A DNA stretch of 64,000 nucleotides, from assembly GCA_049322675.1 (NCBI GenBank), contig JBMORM010000009.1:158132-222131 (forward strand). The letters are read 5' to 3'. The stretch is from Patescibacteria group bacterium (lineage in GTDB: Bacteria > Patescibacteriota > JAHJAL01). Of this stretch, positions 1-9,593 are shown one piece after another (the stretch's first letter is position 1; every line of letters begins with the position of its first letter). The notes under the pieces are model-generated. The model worked only from the letters and a program-made list of their open reading frames with translations, searched no databases and was not told the origin of the DNA. The position numbers and the translations under genes are program-made.

Positions 1-558
1 GGTTACCATAGTGACGAAATATTAAGTTTGGAGCAATTGCCTTTGAAATACGTCGGCTTTTCACACTGTTTTAGAACTGAAGACGGAAGTTATGGCAAAT
101 ATGCCAAAGGTCTGTATAGGGTACATCAATTTTCCAAAGTAGAAATGTTTATATTTTGTCAGCCGGAAGATAGTGAGAAACACCACCAAGAGATGCTAAG
201 TATCGAAGAAGAAATTTTTCAGGAATTGAAACTTCCATACCGCGTTTTGTTACAATGTGCCGGAGATGTGGGCGCGCCTTGTGCCAAAACATATGATATT
301 GAAGCGTGGATGCCTAGTCGAAAGACTTATGGCGAAGTAACCAGCACTTCCAATACCACTTCTTTTCAATCGCGCCGACTCAATATCCGTTACAAAAATA
401 TTAACGCCGAAAACGATTTTGTCCATATGCTCAATGGAACCACCATGACAAATAGCCGTATTCCTTTAGCAATATTGGAAAATTATCAACAAGCCGATGG
501 CAGTATAAAAATTCCTGAAGCGCTAGTCAAATACACCGGATTTGACAAAATTGGCTAG
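1..558 (+). CDS. serS: seryl-tRNA synthetase, C-terminal catalytic part (5'-partial; the frame is open from base 1)
   Basis: Class II aaRS motifs are present (FRTE motif 2; [14 protein letters not shown]; DIEAWMPS...[10 protein letters not shown]; LNGTTMT...[11 protein letters not shown]), and the ORF runs into the window edge. Confidence 0.85.
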   Translation, partial: GYHSDEILSLEQLPLKYVGFSHCFRTEDGSYGKYAKGLYRVHQFSKVEMFIFCQPEDSEKHHQEMLSIEEEIFQELKLPYRVLLQCAGDVGAPCAKTYDIEAWMPSRKTYGEVTSTSNTTSFQSRRLNIRYKNINAENDFVHMLNGTTMTNSRIPLAILENYQQADGSIKIPEALVKYTGFDKIG

Positions 559-609
559 GTTTAGACCTTATCAATTATTAGTTTCAAATATAAATATGCA
601 AGGAGAGTT

Positions 610-1152
610 ATGCAATTGATTTTGTCTTCAAGAAAAGTTGACGTTACACCTGATGTTAGAGCTTATGTGGAAGAAAAGATGGGGAAAATCGGTAATTATT
701 TTGACCGAGTGATTAGTGTGCGAGTCGAATTGGAAAGAGAATTGCGTCGAGATGATGGTAAAGAATTTGGCTGCGAAATACTACTGTCTGTTCCGGGCAG
801 GCAATTGCGTGTGGGACAAAGAGGAAAAGAACTATATGAATCAATCGACTTGGCCGAACAGGCTTTACAGGGCCAAATAAAGTCTTTCAAAGGAAAAATG
901 ATTGATGAAGCGCGTCAAGCAAAAGAAAGTATCAAAAATATTCCTGATCCATCGCTTGCGGTCGCAAAAGATGATGATGATTATGAATATATGTATCAAA
1001 TTGGTCAGGAACCAATGACTTTGGACGAAGCCAAACAACAGATGCAATTGTTGGGGCATGATTTTTATGTTTTTACCAATATTGAAACCGGAAAAACAAA
1101 TACGGTTTACAAGAAACAAGATGGAAGATTTGGGGTGATCGTGGAAAAATAG
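610..1152 (+). CDS. hpf: ribosome hibernation promoting factor (long HPF/RaiA form with C-terminal dimerisation domain)
   Basis: The 180-aa protein has an N-terminal sigma-54 modulation/YfiA fold signature (VRVELERE..GCEILLSVPG..LRV) and a C-terminal extension typical of long HPF. An RBS (aggaga) lies upstream. Confidence 0.8.
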   Translation: MQLILSSRKVDVTPDVRAYVEEKMGKIGNYFDRVISVRVELERELRRDDGKEFGCEILLSVPGRQLRVGQRGKELYESIDLAEQALQGQIKSFKGKMIDEARQAKESIKNIPDPSLAVAKDDDDYEYMYQIGQEPMTLDEAKQQMQLLGHDFYVFTNIETGKTNTVYKKQDGRFGVIVEK

Positions 1153-1180
1153 GAAAAATTAATATTACCTTGTTTCACAA

Positions 1181-1210
1181 AAAATAGACCACATCCGGTC
1201 TATTTTTTAT
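1181..1210 (+). terminator. Rho-independent terminator after hpf
   Basis: Hairpin atagacc-acatcc-ggtctat followed by a T-run. Confidence 0.7.
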
Positions 1211-1231
1211 CTACACTTTAACTGTACATTG

Positions 1232-1645
1232 CTAGATTGATTTGCGTATTAGTTCAGATTGGAAAAAATGAAATATCTTTTTTATTTGGTTAATTTCTTT
1301 ATTACTCATTAAAATCGGTAGTTTTTCAGTTTGGTCAATCAGACACCTTACTGCATTTTGGGTATTAAAAAGATAACTGGTGCGAGTGTGGAGTCTCGCC
1401 GCCTCGGGGTTGGCATAGTCAAGATCAACCGAGCCAGTCGGATTATTTTTTCCATCGGTAATAATGGCCTTGTTTATTTCATTGACGATATTGTTGATGA
1501 TCTCGCTTTTGTTGTTGGTGGTGACATTCATTAAAACCAAGTCAAAAATATATAACCTGGATTTGTGATCTGAAGGAATGTCTTTCAGCGATAATTTTAA
1601 GACATGGTTTGGAATTGGATCAAAATCCATATTTCGACTTAGCAT
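1232..1645 (-). CDS. hypothetical protein (137 aa)
   Basis: ORF without a recognisable motif; first of six co-directional unknown genes. Confidence 0.45.
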   Translation of the reverse strand: MLSRNMDFDPIPNHVLKLSLKDIPSDHKSRLYIFDLVLMNVTTNNKSEIINNIVNEINKAIITDGKNNPTGSVDLDYANPEAARLHTRTSYLFNTQNAVRCLIDQTEKLPILMSNKEINQIKKIFHFFQSELIRKSI

Positions 1646-1653
1646 ATTTCTCC

Positions 1654-2268
1654 TTAAATTTTTTCTAAATATTCTTTTACCTGGACAAAGGTCGATATTT
1701 TTTCCGGGGAATTTTGATTGTATTTGAGATAATTTACGATAAAGTTTAACAGTTTGGTTGCATTAATCATTTTCGAATCGGACGCACATTTTTGGATCGA
1801 TTCTATCAATTCTTCTTTAAATAATTGGTAGTCCAAACTTTTTTTCGTTTTGAGGGAAGCATCAAGATATTGCTTTATCGCCAACAACGCTCTTTGCTTA
1901 ACATCAATGATTACTTTTTTGTGCTCAGGTTTATGACTTGAATCGGATATTTTGGCAATATCAGTTTCAACCAACAACTCGATCATTTTTCCAAATGCTT
2001 CGATCGAGTCAGAAGAACAAACTACCTGATCTTTGGGAAATATTTTTATGACTTTGTTGATAACATTTTTGTATCCGTTATCAACCAGAAAATTACGGAA
2101 CGAGTCGTGGGCCAAGATAGCATTGTTGATTTCAAAAACGGCATTATTGTCGTGATTAGCCTTAATCAAGGATTTAAGAAAAACCAGAAATTGACTATAA
2201 GAATAATACTTATCAGTCAAAATGAGGTCTTCCGAGTTTGTTTCATAATTTTTGGCGATTTGTTCCAT
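1654..2268 (-). CDS. hypothetical protein (204 aa, alpha-helical)
   Basis: ORF tightly packed with its neighbours (8-bp gaps); no recognisable motif. Confidence 0.5.
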   Translation of the reverse strand: MEQIAKNYETNSEDLILTDKYYSYSQFLVFLKSLIKANHDNNAVFEINNAILAHDSFRNFLVDNGYKNVINKVIKIFPKDQVVCSSDSIEAFGKMIELLVETDIAKISDSSHKPEHKKVIIDVKQRALLAIKQYLDASLKTKKSLDYQLFKEELIESIQKCASDSKMINATKLLNFIVNYLKYNQNSPEKISTFVQVKEYLEKI

Positions 2269-2273
2269 ATTTT

Positions 2274-3029
2274 TTAACCTATTTCAATGTTGTGTTTGAT
2301 GGCTTTAAGAGTGTTTTCTTTCTGACGAATTCTTTGAATGAGATCATCGATAATTTTAACGACAGTGATATGCGATTCGTCGGTGATTTCGAGTTGATCT
2401 TGGTCAATCATTTCAAGATAGGATTTCAATGGAAGTAATTCGGACGGACAGGTGATGGGCTGATTTAGATATTCAGGCATTAATTCAATTATTTTGATTA
2501 GATCATTGTTCTCAACTCTATGCTGCGGATTTGTTTCCATTTTTTTATTGATAGCAACAACACTTTTCATTTCCTGTCGATATTCGATATTTTTGATTAT
2601 TCCTTGCAGGAATTTTTCTTGAGGAATTTGTGTTCCTTTGAAAGGATCCATTTTGGCGCGCAACAATTCTATCAGATTTTTTTTATCAAAATTGAGTGAT
2701 TTTAGACATGGCAGAATAATTTTGGAGAATTCTTCATGATTTAAGTCAATTTCCTCTCTGCTATTTAAAGAAAGAATGAGCGAAGAGAGGATATAATCAT
2801 TTTTAATTATCACGGCCTCGGAGTTGGCGCATAAATCGATGTATGCTCGATCAAGTTCATGTTGTTTGAAGTGTTTTCGATCTCTTTTGACGATGTCGAT
2901 TATCGCTTGAGAAAGTTGTAATTGCTTATCTTTTTCTAGAAATTTTGAATCGACCCGACTCCAAGCGTGGTGGATTGGTTCTGAATCTTGTTGATTTGAC
3001 ATACGAGGAAAATTTTCAAAATGATCCAT
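2274..3029 (-). CDS. hypothetical protein (251 aa)
   Basis: ORF with no recognisable motif. Confidence 0.5.
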   Translation of the reverse strand: MDHFENFPRMSNQQDSEPIHHAWSRVDSKFLEKDKQLQLSQAIIDIVKRDRKHFKQHELDRAYIDLCANSEAVIIKNDYILSSLILSLNSREEIDLNHEEFSKIILPCLKSLNFDKKNLIELLRAKMDPFKGTQIPQEKFLQGIIKNIEYRQEMKSVVAINKKMETNPQHRVENNDLIKIIELMPEYLNQPITCPSELLPLKSYLEMIDQDQLEITDESHITVVKIIDDLIQRIRQKENTLKAIKHNIEIG

Positions 3030-3119
3030 AAAAATATAGATAGTTGCTAAATAAACAGAACTATCTATATTTTATAAGCTATCTTATTTTTCGTCTAGGC
3101 TTTTGTCTTAGTTATCTCG

Positions 3120-3509
3120 CTATATTCTATTTTGTGGTATTTCTTTTCCCAAAATATCGGCAATTGTTTTTACGAGATATTCCAAGGGTTTGAGTACTTT
3201 TTTTTGTAATTCCTGCATATTACGCATCATGTTTTCATGATTCTCTGTTTCATCGACACTGCCGAACGAATGAAATTTTTTTAGATTGTCGTATCGGCGG
3301 CAGCAATATTGAAAAAAATCATCAGAATCTTCTTGAAAATCAACATTGTCCCTGATTTGCCCTAGTGTCAATTTAATACTTATGTCATTTTTCTTGTCTT
3401 TTAGATATTCTTCCAAAAAATTCTTAATTTCGATTTTTTGTTGATGCCAATCGGAATTTGTGGTAGTAGTTTTTTCTTCAATGGTTCTCATATTATCTCT
3501 CGAATGCAT
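3120..3509 (-). CDS. hypothetical protein (129 aa)
   Basis: ORF that overlaps the next gene by 17 bp, which suggests an operon. Confidence 0.45.
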   Translation of the reverse strand: MHSRDNMRTIEEKTTTTNSDWHQQKIEIKNFLEEYLKDKKNDISIKLTLGQIRDNVDFQEDSDDFFQYCCRRYDNLKKFHSFGSVDETENHENMMRNMQELQKKVLKPLEYLVKTIADILGKEIPQNRI

Positions 3510-3723
3510 TAATTATTTTTTTTAATTCGTCGATTTCTTGTTCCAATTTTTTTCTGGTTAATTGAGAATCTAAAAGACGGTTCGTCAATTTTGCCTCTTC
3601 TTCTTTGAGAAAATTATAAAAATGTTCTTTGGCGGCAAGTTCTGATTTCAAATAACCAACTTGTTCTTTTTGTTCGTCTTTATCGAATTTATTTTCGATA
3701 ATATTTCCATCGGATAGTTTCAT
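3493..3723 (-). CDS. hypothetical coiled-coil protein (76 aa)
   Basis: Heptad-rich sequence (ELKKIINAFER...). Confidence 0.4.
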   Translation of the reverse strand: MKLSDGNIIENKFDKDEQKEQVGYLKSELAAKEHFYNFLKEEEAKLTNRLLDSQLTRKKLEQEIDELKKIINAFER

Positions 3724-3788
3724 AAATGCAAAAAATATACTCAGCTAAAGTGTTCTGAGTATATTTTATAGGCGTTTGCGGGTTTTGA

Positions 3789-4298
3789 CTAGTTTTTCGT
3801 TTTTACATCAAATTTTTCGGAAATAAAATTGATAAAATCCTCGGGTTTAAATTCTTCTGTTTCTAATATTTTTCTCACTATTTTCTTCTTTGTTTTAGTA
3901 TCTTCGGGCATTTCTACATATTTGTAGGTAACTCTTTTGATTCCTCCAAAGTATTCATAAGGCAATCTTTCTCTTTTTTCCAATAAATCTTTCAATTTGC
4001 CTATTTCTTTGTTTTGTTCGTTATTTTCTTTCTCGAGTATTTTAAGTCTTATTTCTTGTTCTTCAATTTTTTTATTCAAATTGTTTAGGTCCTTCTGATA
4101 GTCTTTGAGAACGTCAACAAATGGCTCGTAAACGTAGTTTTTGTATTCAGGATCATCGAAGATATCTCGATTTCTTTCGCTTTTCGAAAAATTTAAATCC
4201 ATTTCTTTTTCTGCATCTTCAAAATTTAGTTTGGGACCAGCAAGATAATTTTCTTTTGGTTTATTATTTTCTGATTGATAGTCGGGGTTAAATTTCAT
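3789..4298 (-). CDS. hypothetical coiled-coil protein (169 aa)
   Basis: K/E-rich coiled-coil segment. Confidence 0.45.
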   Translation of the reverse strand: MKFNPDYQSENNKPKENYLAGPKLNFEDAEKEMDLNFSKSERNRDIFDDPEYKNYVYEPFVDVLKDYQKDLNNLNKKIEEQEIRLKILEKENNEQNKEIGKLKDLLEKRERLPYEYFGGIKRVTYKYVEMPEDTKTKKKIVRKILETEEFKPEDFINFISEKFDVKTKN

Positions 4299-4299
4299 A

Positions 4300-5350
4300 A
4301 TTTTGTGTTAATAATTAAAAAGCACGAGGTATTACAGTAACACTATATTCTTTCTATGTCAATGGTAATTTTTGCGTGACTATCCCTTTACAGCAAGTAA
4401 TATCTGTGATAACCTAGATATAGACTTACTTCTAACCTAATTTATGTCTTACACAATCCGACAATTTAATCTCGATTTTCCCTCCGATAATGCTTGTCTC
4501 GACTACATTTTTGACCAAAGATATGGCAAAGATTTAATCTGTCCCAAATGCCACAAACAGGGATTTCACAGAGTTTCTCTTCGCAAATGTTACGCTTGTG
4601 CCTGGTGTGGTCATCAAATACATCCCTTGGCCGGTACAATATTTCACAAATCTTCTACCAAATTGACTAACTGGTTTTATGCTATTTTTGTTGCTTCTCA
4701 ATCTAGGAACGGAGTAGCAGCCAAAGAACTACAAAGAACACTTGGCGTTACTTATAAATGTGCTTGGCGAATGGCCAAAAAGATCAGAGAACTCATGAAA
4801 CAAAACAGAGACATACTAGGAGGCATTATCGAGGCTGACGAAACATACATCGGAGGTAGGGCTCACAATGAAAATAAATTTGATAATAAGTCTTCGGTCA
4901 TAGGAGCCGTTGAAAGAAAAGGTCGGGCAAGAGTTAAAAAAGTTGACGATATAAGCCGAAGCGTAGTTATAAAGTATCTACAAAAAAATATTTCTCCTGA
5001 ATCGCATTTAATGACAGACGAAAGTTCTGTATATAAAAAATCTCCCTACAAAAGGGAGACAGTTAATCATCATTTGAAAGAATATGTCCGAGGTAATGTT
5101 CACACTAATTCTATCGAGGGATTGTGGAGTTTAATCAAACGTTCTATTGATGGGACTTATCATTGTGTTTCTGATAAACATCTACAACACTATCTCGACG
5201 AGTTTGTTTTTCATTATAATCATCGCCAGGACGATCAACCGATTTTTTCTTTACTGTTGGAGAGAGTGGTAAAGAAGCCTTCTTAAGAAGGGAAAAGAAA
5301 AGTTCTTTGTTTGTTACTTTTTTGGACATTCTTAAGATGTTTTTTCTTAT
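4300..5350 (+). mobile_element. IS1595-family insertion sequence; terminal inverted repeats could not be resolved by eye
   Basis: A single transposase ORF with short flanking non-coding DNA. The boundaries given are approximate. Confidence 0.5.
4444..5286 (+). CDS. IS1595-family (ISXO2-like) DDE transposase
   Basis: N-terminal zinc-ribbon (CPKC..CxxC) followed by a DDE core with the family hallmark IEADETYIGG, and a C-terminal HTNSIEGLWSLIKR...YHCVS..HLQHYLDEFVFHYNHR. Confidence 0.85.
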   Translation: MSYTIRQFNLDFPSDNACLDYIFDQRYGKDLICPKCHKQGFHRVSLRKCYACAWCGHQIHPLAGTIFHKSSTKLTNWFYAIFVASQSRNGVAAKELQRTLGVTYKCAWRMAKKIRELMKQNRDILGGIIEADETYIGGRAHNENKFDNKSSVIGAVERKGRARVKKVDDISRSVVIKYLQKNISPESHLMTDESSVYKKSPYKRETVNHHLKEYVRGNVHTNSIEGLWSLIKRSIDGTYHCVSDKHLQHYLDEFVFHYNHRQDDQPIFSLLLERVVKKPS

Positions 5351-5568
5351 TTGATAGTGGTACAACTAAAATCATCGAGATTTTCACGCATAAAAGCTGC
5401 AATTTCTTTTGCTCTTTCGTAAGATGTGCCTTTGGGAAGTTCAAAGCTATACATAAACTGTCTTTGAGTATCTGGTGGTGCCATATATGGCTCAAAGCAA
5501 ATCCATGGCTGGCCTCCTTCGTATTCCTTCACGGTAAATACATATTTTCCTCTCGTTGTGTCACCCAT
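5347..5568 (-). CDS. hypothetical small protein (73 aa)
   Basis: ORF only. Confidence 0.35.
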   Translation of the reverse strand: MGDTTRGKYVFTVKEYEGGQPWICFEPYMAPPDTQRQFMYSFELPKGTSYERAKEIAAFMRENLDDFSCTTIK

Positions 5569-5614
5569 GTTAAATCCTTTGTATTAGGGAACTATATACA
5601 TTATTACCATAATT

Positions 5615-5944
5615 TTATTTACTACTAGTAGAAATATATGTGAAAATTATTGTAATGATGGAAATAATAATTGGTATCCAAAAACTGATGTTTTTCCACC
5701 AAAATTCATCATTATATTCCTTAGCTGATTCTTTAGCATGAATTTTTATTTTCGACCGACCATCACCAGAGTCTATTACTTCAAGAGCAATATTCTTTAC
5801 ATCTTTTTGGAATTCTTGGAATCTTTCATTGGAATAACATTTATCTACTTTTTGCTTTAATTTTTCCTCTAACGCATCAATGTCGCTAGTTTTAGCGACA
5901 TCTTTTAATTCATCTGGGATAGGTTTATTCGCTTTGGGTGGCAT
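5615..5944 (-). CDS. hypothetical protein with C-terminal transmembrane anchor (109 aa)
   Basis: Hydrophobic C-terminus (WIPIIISIITIIFTYI). Confidence 0.4.
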   Translation of the reverse strand: MPPKANKPIPDELKDVAKTSDIDALEEKLKQKVDKCYSNERFQEFQKDVKNIALEVIDSGDGRSKIKIHAKESAKEYNDEFWWKNISFWIPIIISIITIIFTYISTSSK

Positions 5945-6185
5945 CTGTATCGTTTTGTTTAATAAGTTGTTGCGATGGTGTTAAAACAACCTTTTTTTCT
6001 CCTTCGTCAACATACAATACATTTTTCTCCGCTTTGAGTAATGCAAACAAAGCAAAGCGTAACATTGCTTGTTCATCAACAAATCCAAATTTATCAACAA
6101 CGTCTTTTAACGCCTGCAAATCACCGTTATCAATAGATAATTTCATTAATTTTTCGGTTGATTCTGGTAGTTTTTTTATTGCCAT
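5925..6185 (-). CDS. hypothetical protein (86 aa)
   Basis: ORF that overlaps its downstream neighbour. Confidence 0.4.
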   Translation of the reverse strand: MAIKKLPESTEKLMKLSIDNGDLQALKDVVDKFGFVDEQAMLRFALFALLKAEKNVLYVDEGEKKVVLTPSQQLIKQNDTDATQSE

Positions 6186-6240
6186 ATTGAACCCTTTTTA
6201 TTTATTTTAATTATAACTTTTGTTTTTAAACTAAGCAATT

Positions 6241-6268
6241 TTGACATCTTTTCCCAAATCAGTATGAT
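6241..6268 (+). promoter_or_regulatory. sigma70-like promoter (TTGACA-16 bp-TATGAT)
   Basis: Consensus -35 hexamer and a good -10 hexamer with 16-bp spacing, about 230 bp upstream of the 6496 ORF. Confidence 0.5.
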
Positions 6269-6269
6269 A

Positions 6270-6495
6270 GAGGCGTTAATAAAATTTAGTGCCTAAACTT
6301 TGTATTTATACAAAGCATGGCGACAAAACCTTACCTATAAAGATGGTCTTTCGACCAGCTATCTGTAGGTAAGGTCTATACCCGAAAGGATATAGGGTGG
6401 TTCTCGCAAGGGAATTACCGGCTGGTTCGGGAGACCTTTTTTGTTTGCCCAAATCAGAAAAACCTTACCTACTTATTTTTATTTGAGGAACAAGT
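6270..6495 (+). ncRNA. candidate cis-regulatory leader/attenuator RNA
   Basis: Perfect palindrome ctttgtat-tt-atacaaag (6298-6315). Direct repeats aaccttaccta (6327, 6461) bracket an inverted copy (6364-6377). An embedded terminator aggtct...agacc + T6 (6372-6442) shares its 5' arm with the inverted copy, giving mutually exclusive pairings. Confidence 0.4.
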
Positions 6496-6960
6496 ATGAA
6501 AAAATGTCCTTATTGTGCCGAAGAGATTCAAGATGAAGCAGTATTTTGTAAACACTGTAAGACAAATCTCGAACAAAGGCCAAAACAAGATAATCAACCA
6601 GTACAGACAAATACTACCATTGTAAAACAAATCAATACTGCACCAAATTATTGCCTATGGGGTGGAGGTTGCTGTGCCTTACTTTTACTATCACCAATAT
6701 TATTACCATTGTTTGGTTTAGGAGGATTGATTGGGTTTAGTATCTTTTTATATATCGCTCCTGTGGTTATTGGAGCTATTATTAGTTTTATTATTTTTAA
6801 ATATACAAAATGGTCAAATAAAAAGACGATTATAACTAATATACTAATTATTTCAGCAATTCTTACAGTTCTTTGGATAATACTGTTATCTTATGCGAAC
6901 TCGCAATCATCTCAAACAAATAATATTTCTCATTCTATTACAGAAAATCAGTTAAAGTAA
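6496..6960 (+). CDS. zinc-ribbon membrane protein (154 aa)
   Basis: N-terminal CPYC...CKHC zinc ribbon followed by three to four transmembrane helices. Confidence 0.55.
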   Translation: MKKCPYCAEEIQDEAVFCKHCKTNLEQRPKQDNQPVQTNTTIVKQINTAPNYCLWGGGCCALLLLSPILLPLFGLGGLIGFSIFLYIAPVVIGAIISFIIFKYTKWSNKKTIITNILIISAILTVLWIILLSYANSQSSQTNNISHSITENQLK

Positions 6961-7263
6961 ATTTCACCACTTGTCTAAATGTCAGTTTGGAACATATGAT
7001 TAAAGAGCGGACATCCTTGTCTAAAGTTAATACATGGTTTGACCACTTGACCGTATTTAACGGCAGACGGGTTGGGTCGGACTCGTTCATTAATCTTTTT
7101 TACAAGGATTTATATGAAAAAAACATATAAACCAGGAGAAAAAGCAAAAATTTCTGGTTAATACAGACTTCTAAATTTATCTGGAAAATCTATGAAAATA
7201 GAAGTCACGGTTGTTGCAGGAAAAATCTTGCCACCCACTCCAAAACCTAAGATGAAGTATCGT

Positions 7264-7668
7264 CTAATAGACATTACTAAACATCGCTAATAGGTAGAAA
7301 AAGGATGTCCGCCATTTTTTGATTGTGTAATCTATTTCACTAAAAATCCATTTTACAATTATTCTAGCCGTAATCATTGTTTCTATCAAAGTACCCGCAA
7401 TAATCAATGACAAAACATAACCAACTTTATCCAATACACCAAAGATAAAAGCAGAAATAAGAATAGCGAAAACAATAATATTTTGCCATTTCAATAAATC
7501 AATAAAGAATTTCCCATACGATGATCTATTATTGAGTCGCCATTTAATATCTTCAGTTCTCAACTCAAACAAATCTGACTGTTGTTTTAGTTCTTCTTTT
7601 TGTTGTTCTTGATCAATATCATTCTTGGAGAAATCTGTACTTATTTTGATATTTGGATTTTCCGACAT
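7264..7668 (-). CDS. hypothetical membrane protein (134 aa)
   Basis: Two to three transmembrane segments; its start lies 3 bp after the upstream gene. Confidence 0.45.
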   Translation of the reverse strand: MSENPNIKISTDFSKNDIDQEQQKEELKQQSDLFELRTEDIKWRLNNRSSYGKFFIDLLKWQNIIVFAILISAFIFGVLDKVGYVLSLIIAGTLIETMITARIIVKWIFSEIDYTIKKWRTSFFYLLAMFSNVY

Positions 7669-7670
7669 AT

Positions 7671-8189
7671 CTAAGCAATTAATCCTAAGTTTTTCAGTCT
7701 AAAAAACATAGCTGTTTTGGATACAATAAAAATATTGGCCATTTCTTCCCAATCGTGAGAGTAACCCCAATATATTTCTACCAATTTTTTTGGCATCAAT
7801 AAACTTGCGGCAAACAGATTAGCTTCTTGTTCTCTCTCATTAGTTTCTCCAGAAAGATTTAATGCTTGCTGGCGATAAAAAGTTTCTTCACCTAAATCAG
7901 AATGTAAATAAAAATGGCCTAACTCGTGAGCAATCGTAAAGATTTGTCTTCTTATATTTTCTGAACTAGAAACATATATCTTTTTTTCTTGTTTATTATA
8001 GTAACCTGAAACATTTTCATCTTTAAATTTTGCCTGTAAAATTTTTAAACCTGTTTGATCTAATATAGCTGATGCTTTTATTGGTGGTTTAATATTTTCA
8101 ATATAACCGTAGTAGGTTTCTAATATATCTACGGTTTTTGCTTCTATTTCTTGTTTTTTTTCTTTTATTAATACCATATTCGTATTCAT
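7671..8189 (-). CDS. ImmA/IrrE-family zinc metallopeptidase
   Basis: HEXXH motif in the IAHELGHFYLH context typical of the COG2856/ImmA family. Confidence 0.65.
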   Translation of the reverse strand: MNTNMVLIKEKKQEIEAKTVDILETYYGYIENIKPPIKASAILDQTGLKILQAKFKDENVSGYYNKQEKKIYVSSSENIRRQIFTIAHELGHFYLHSDLGEETFYRQQALNLSGETNEREQEANLFAASLLMPKKLVEIYWGYSHDWEEMANIFIVSKTAMFFRLKNLGLIA

Positions 8190-8272
8190 TTTAATATTTT
8201 CTATCTATTTCTATTATACTGTAGCCTAGGCTACTTTTTAAGTTGATAAGTTGCTTACCAGAATCAAAATTT

Positions 8273-8698
8273 CTATTTGTTTTTCTCTTTCTTTGCTTCT
8301 TTTGTTGTTTTAGAAAAGGTGATTTTTTTATTTTTACACGAAATAGTAACATCCATGCCTAATTGTTGTAAAAATTCTAAACCTGCCAGACAACCATTCA
8401 GGTTTGAAAAAATAGCCAAATGACCAGCAATACACTTACCCTCAAAGTAAACCAAAATAAGATTCTCTTTTACGATAATCTCTTCTCCATAGGCTTGGAA
8501 ACATTTTACCTCTCTACTGTGTAATGCTTTAGCTTTATTAGCTATTTCGGGAGGAGCAGCAATAAAACCGTTATAACCTGTATCTAATGCCGCTAAAATT
8601 ATTTGATTTTCATTACCACATATCGTAATAGGCAGATTAATCAACAATTTTCCATTTTCGTTCTCTTCTATATCAAAAGTGATGCTTTTCGATTCCAT
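8273..8698 (-). CDS. retropepsin-like (clan AA) aspartic protease
   Basis: The LDTGYNGF catalytic D-T-G motif and a size of about 140 aa. Confidence 0.55.
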   Translation of the reverse strand: MESKSITFDIEENENGKLLINLPITICGNENQIILAALDTGYNGFIAAPPEIANKAKALHSREVKCFQAYGEEIIVKENLILVYFEGKCIAGHLAIFSNLNGCLAGLEFLQQLGMDVTISCKNKKITFSKTTKEAKKEKNK

Positions 8699-8966
8699 GT
8701 AAGGCTTCTCCCAACGTATGAAAATAAAGAAACTCTCCAGCTATATTTTTTTGCTGATACCTAGTTAAATAATAATCATCGAGATGGGCAATAAGCAAGC
8801 CTTGTACAGGGTCGATAGCAATATAATGTTTTAAAGTAATTCTGTTTTTAATAATATCTTGATTTTTTTCTAACAGTTGAGTCGATATCCCGACGAAATC
8901 CTTATCGTCTATTCTTTGTTTTAACTTCTCACCCTTTAATTTTAATTTCATGACTTTTTTTGACAT
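8673..8966 (-). CDS. hypothetical protein (97 aa)
   Basis: ORF overlapping the protease gene by 26 bp. Confidence 0.4.
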   Translation of the reverse strand: MSKKVMKLKLKGEKLKQRIDDKDFVGISTQLLEKNQDIIKNRITLKHYIAIDPVQGLLIAHLDDYYLTRYQQKNIAGEFLYFHTLGEALHGIEKHHF

Positions 8967-9428
8967 TTTTACTTGTTACGATGGGATAGTTGCGAATTTT
9001 TGGGCGAAAAAATAGCCAGCGTGGGGGAAATTAATAATTAACAATGAATAATTAATAAAAATTATTTTTGTTAGGTATTAACTTCTCTTGGCTGGCTTAA
9101 AAATTTTTATTTTTATTATAAAAGAGGGGGAGAAAAAAGTTTCTAGCTAGAAGCTAGAGACCTTTTTATTTTTTTTGTCCGGAATTTTTTAGAGACACAT
9201 GGTGCCCCAAGGCTCATATCGCCTGTAGGCACTTCTTTCTCCTCAAAAATCCAGACTTTACCTGAACGGATAAACCATCCAGGTTTTTTATACTTTTTTT
9301 CTCTTTTTTTTGTCATTTTTAAAAAACTCTCCCTCTTTTTTGTTTTTTTCTGTGGTGTCAATAAAATTGGCACCACCTCCTTTCATTTTTTGCCCTCCGA
9401 AAGGGCTTTTGACCCGCTTGAGGCGGGC

Positions 9429-9454
9429 GTCCGGAGTAGATCCGGACTTTTTTT
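9429..9454 (+). terminator. strong intrinsic terminator on the + strand inside a non-coding gap
   Basis: Hairpin gtccgga-gtaga-tccggac followed by T7, preceded by the hairpin cccgc-ttgag-gcggg. Confidence 0.5.
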
Positions 9455-9575
9455 ATTTTTAGAAAAAAGAGAAACGGAAAAATCCCCCGAAGAAAGATTT
9501 GAGTTTTTCTTGGGTGAAGAAAAGGGATTCTTCCGCTCTCTAATTTTTTCTTTTTAAAAAACAAAAAAATAAAAA

Positions 9576-9593
9576 GCTTCAGAGTGCTGAAGC
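9576..9593. terminator. bidirectional hairpin terminator (gcttcag-agt-gctgaagc)
   Basis: Palindrome flanked by an A-run and a T-run, downstream of the 9682 minus-strand gene. Confidence 0.5.

Noticed and set aside
9143-9564. Listed ORFs 9143..9376 and 9358..9564 (K/F/L-rich peptides)
   Set aside because: They are low-complexity translations of A/T homopolymer runs and hairpins. They have no RBS and no plausible protein features.
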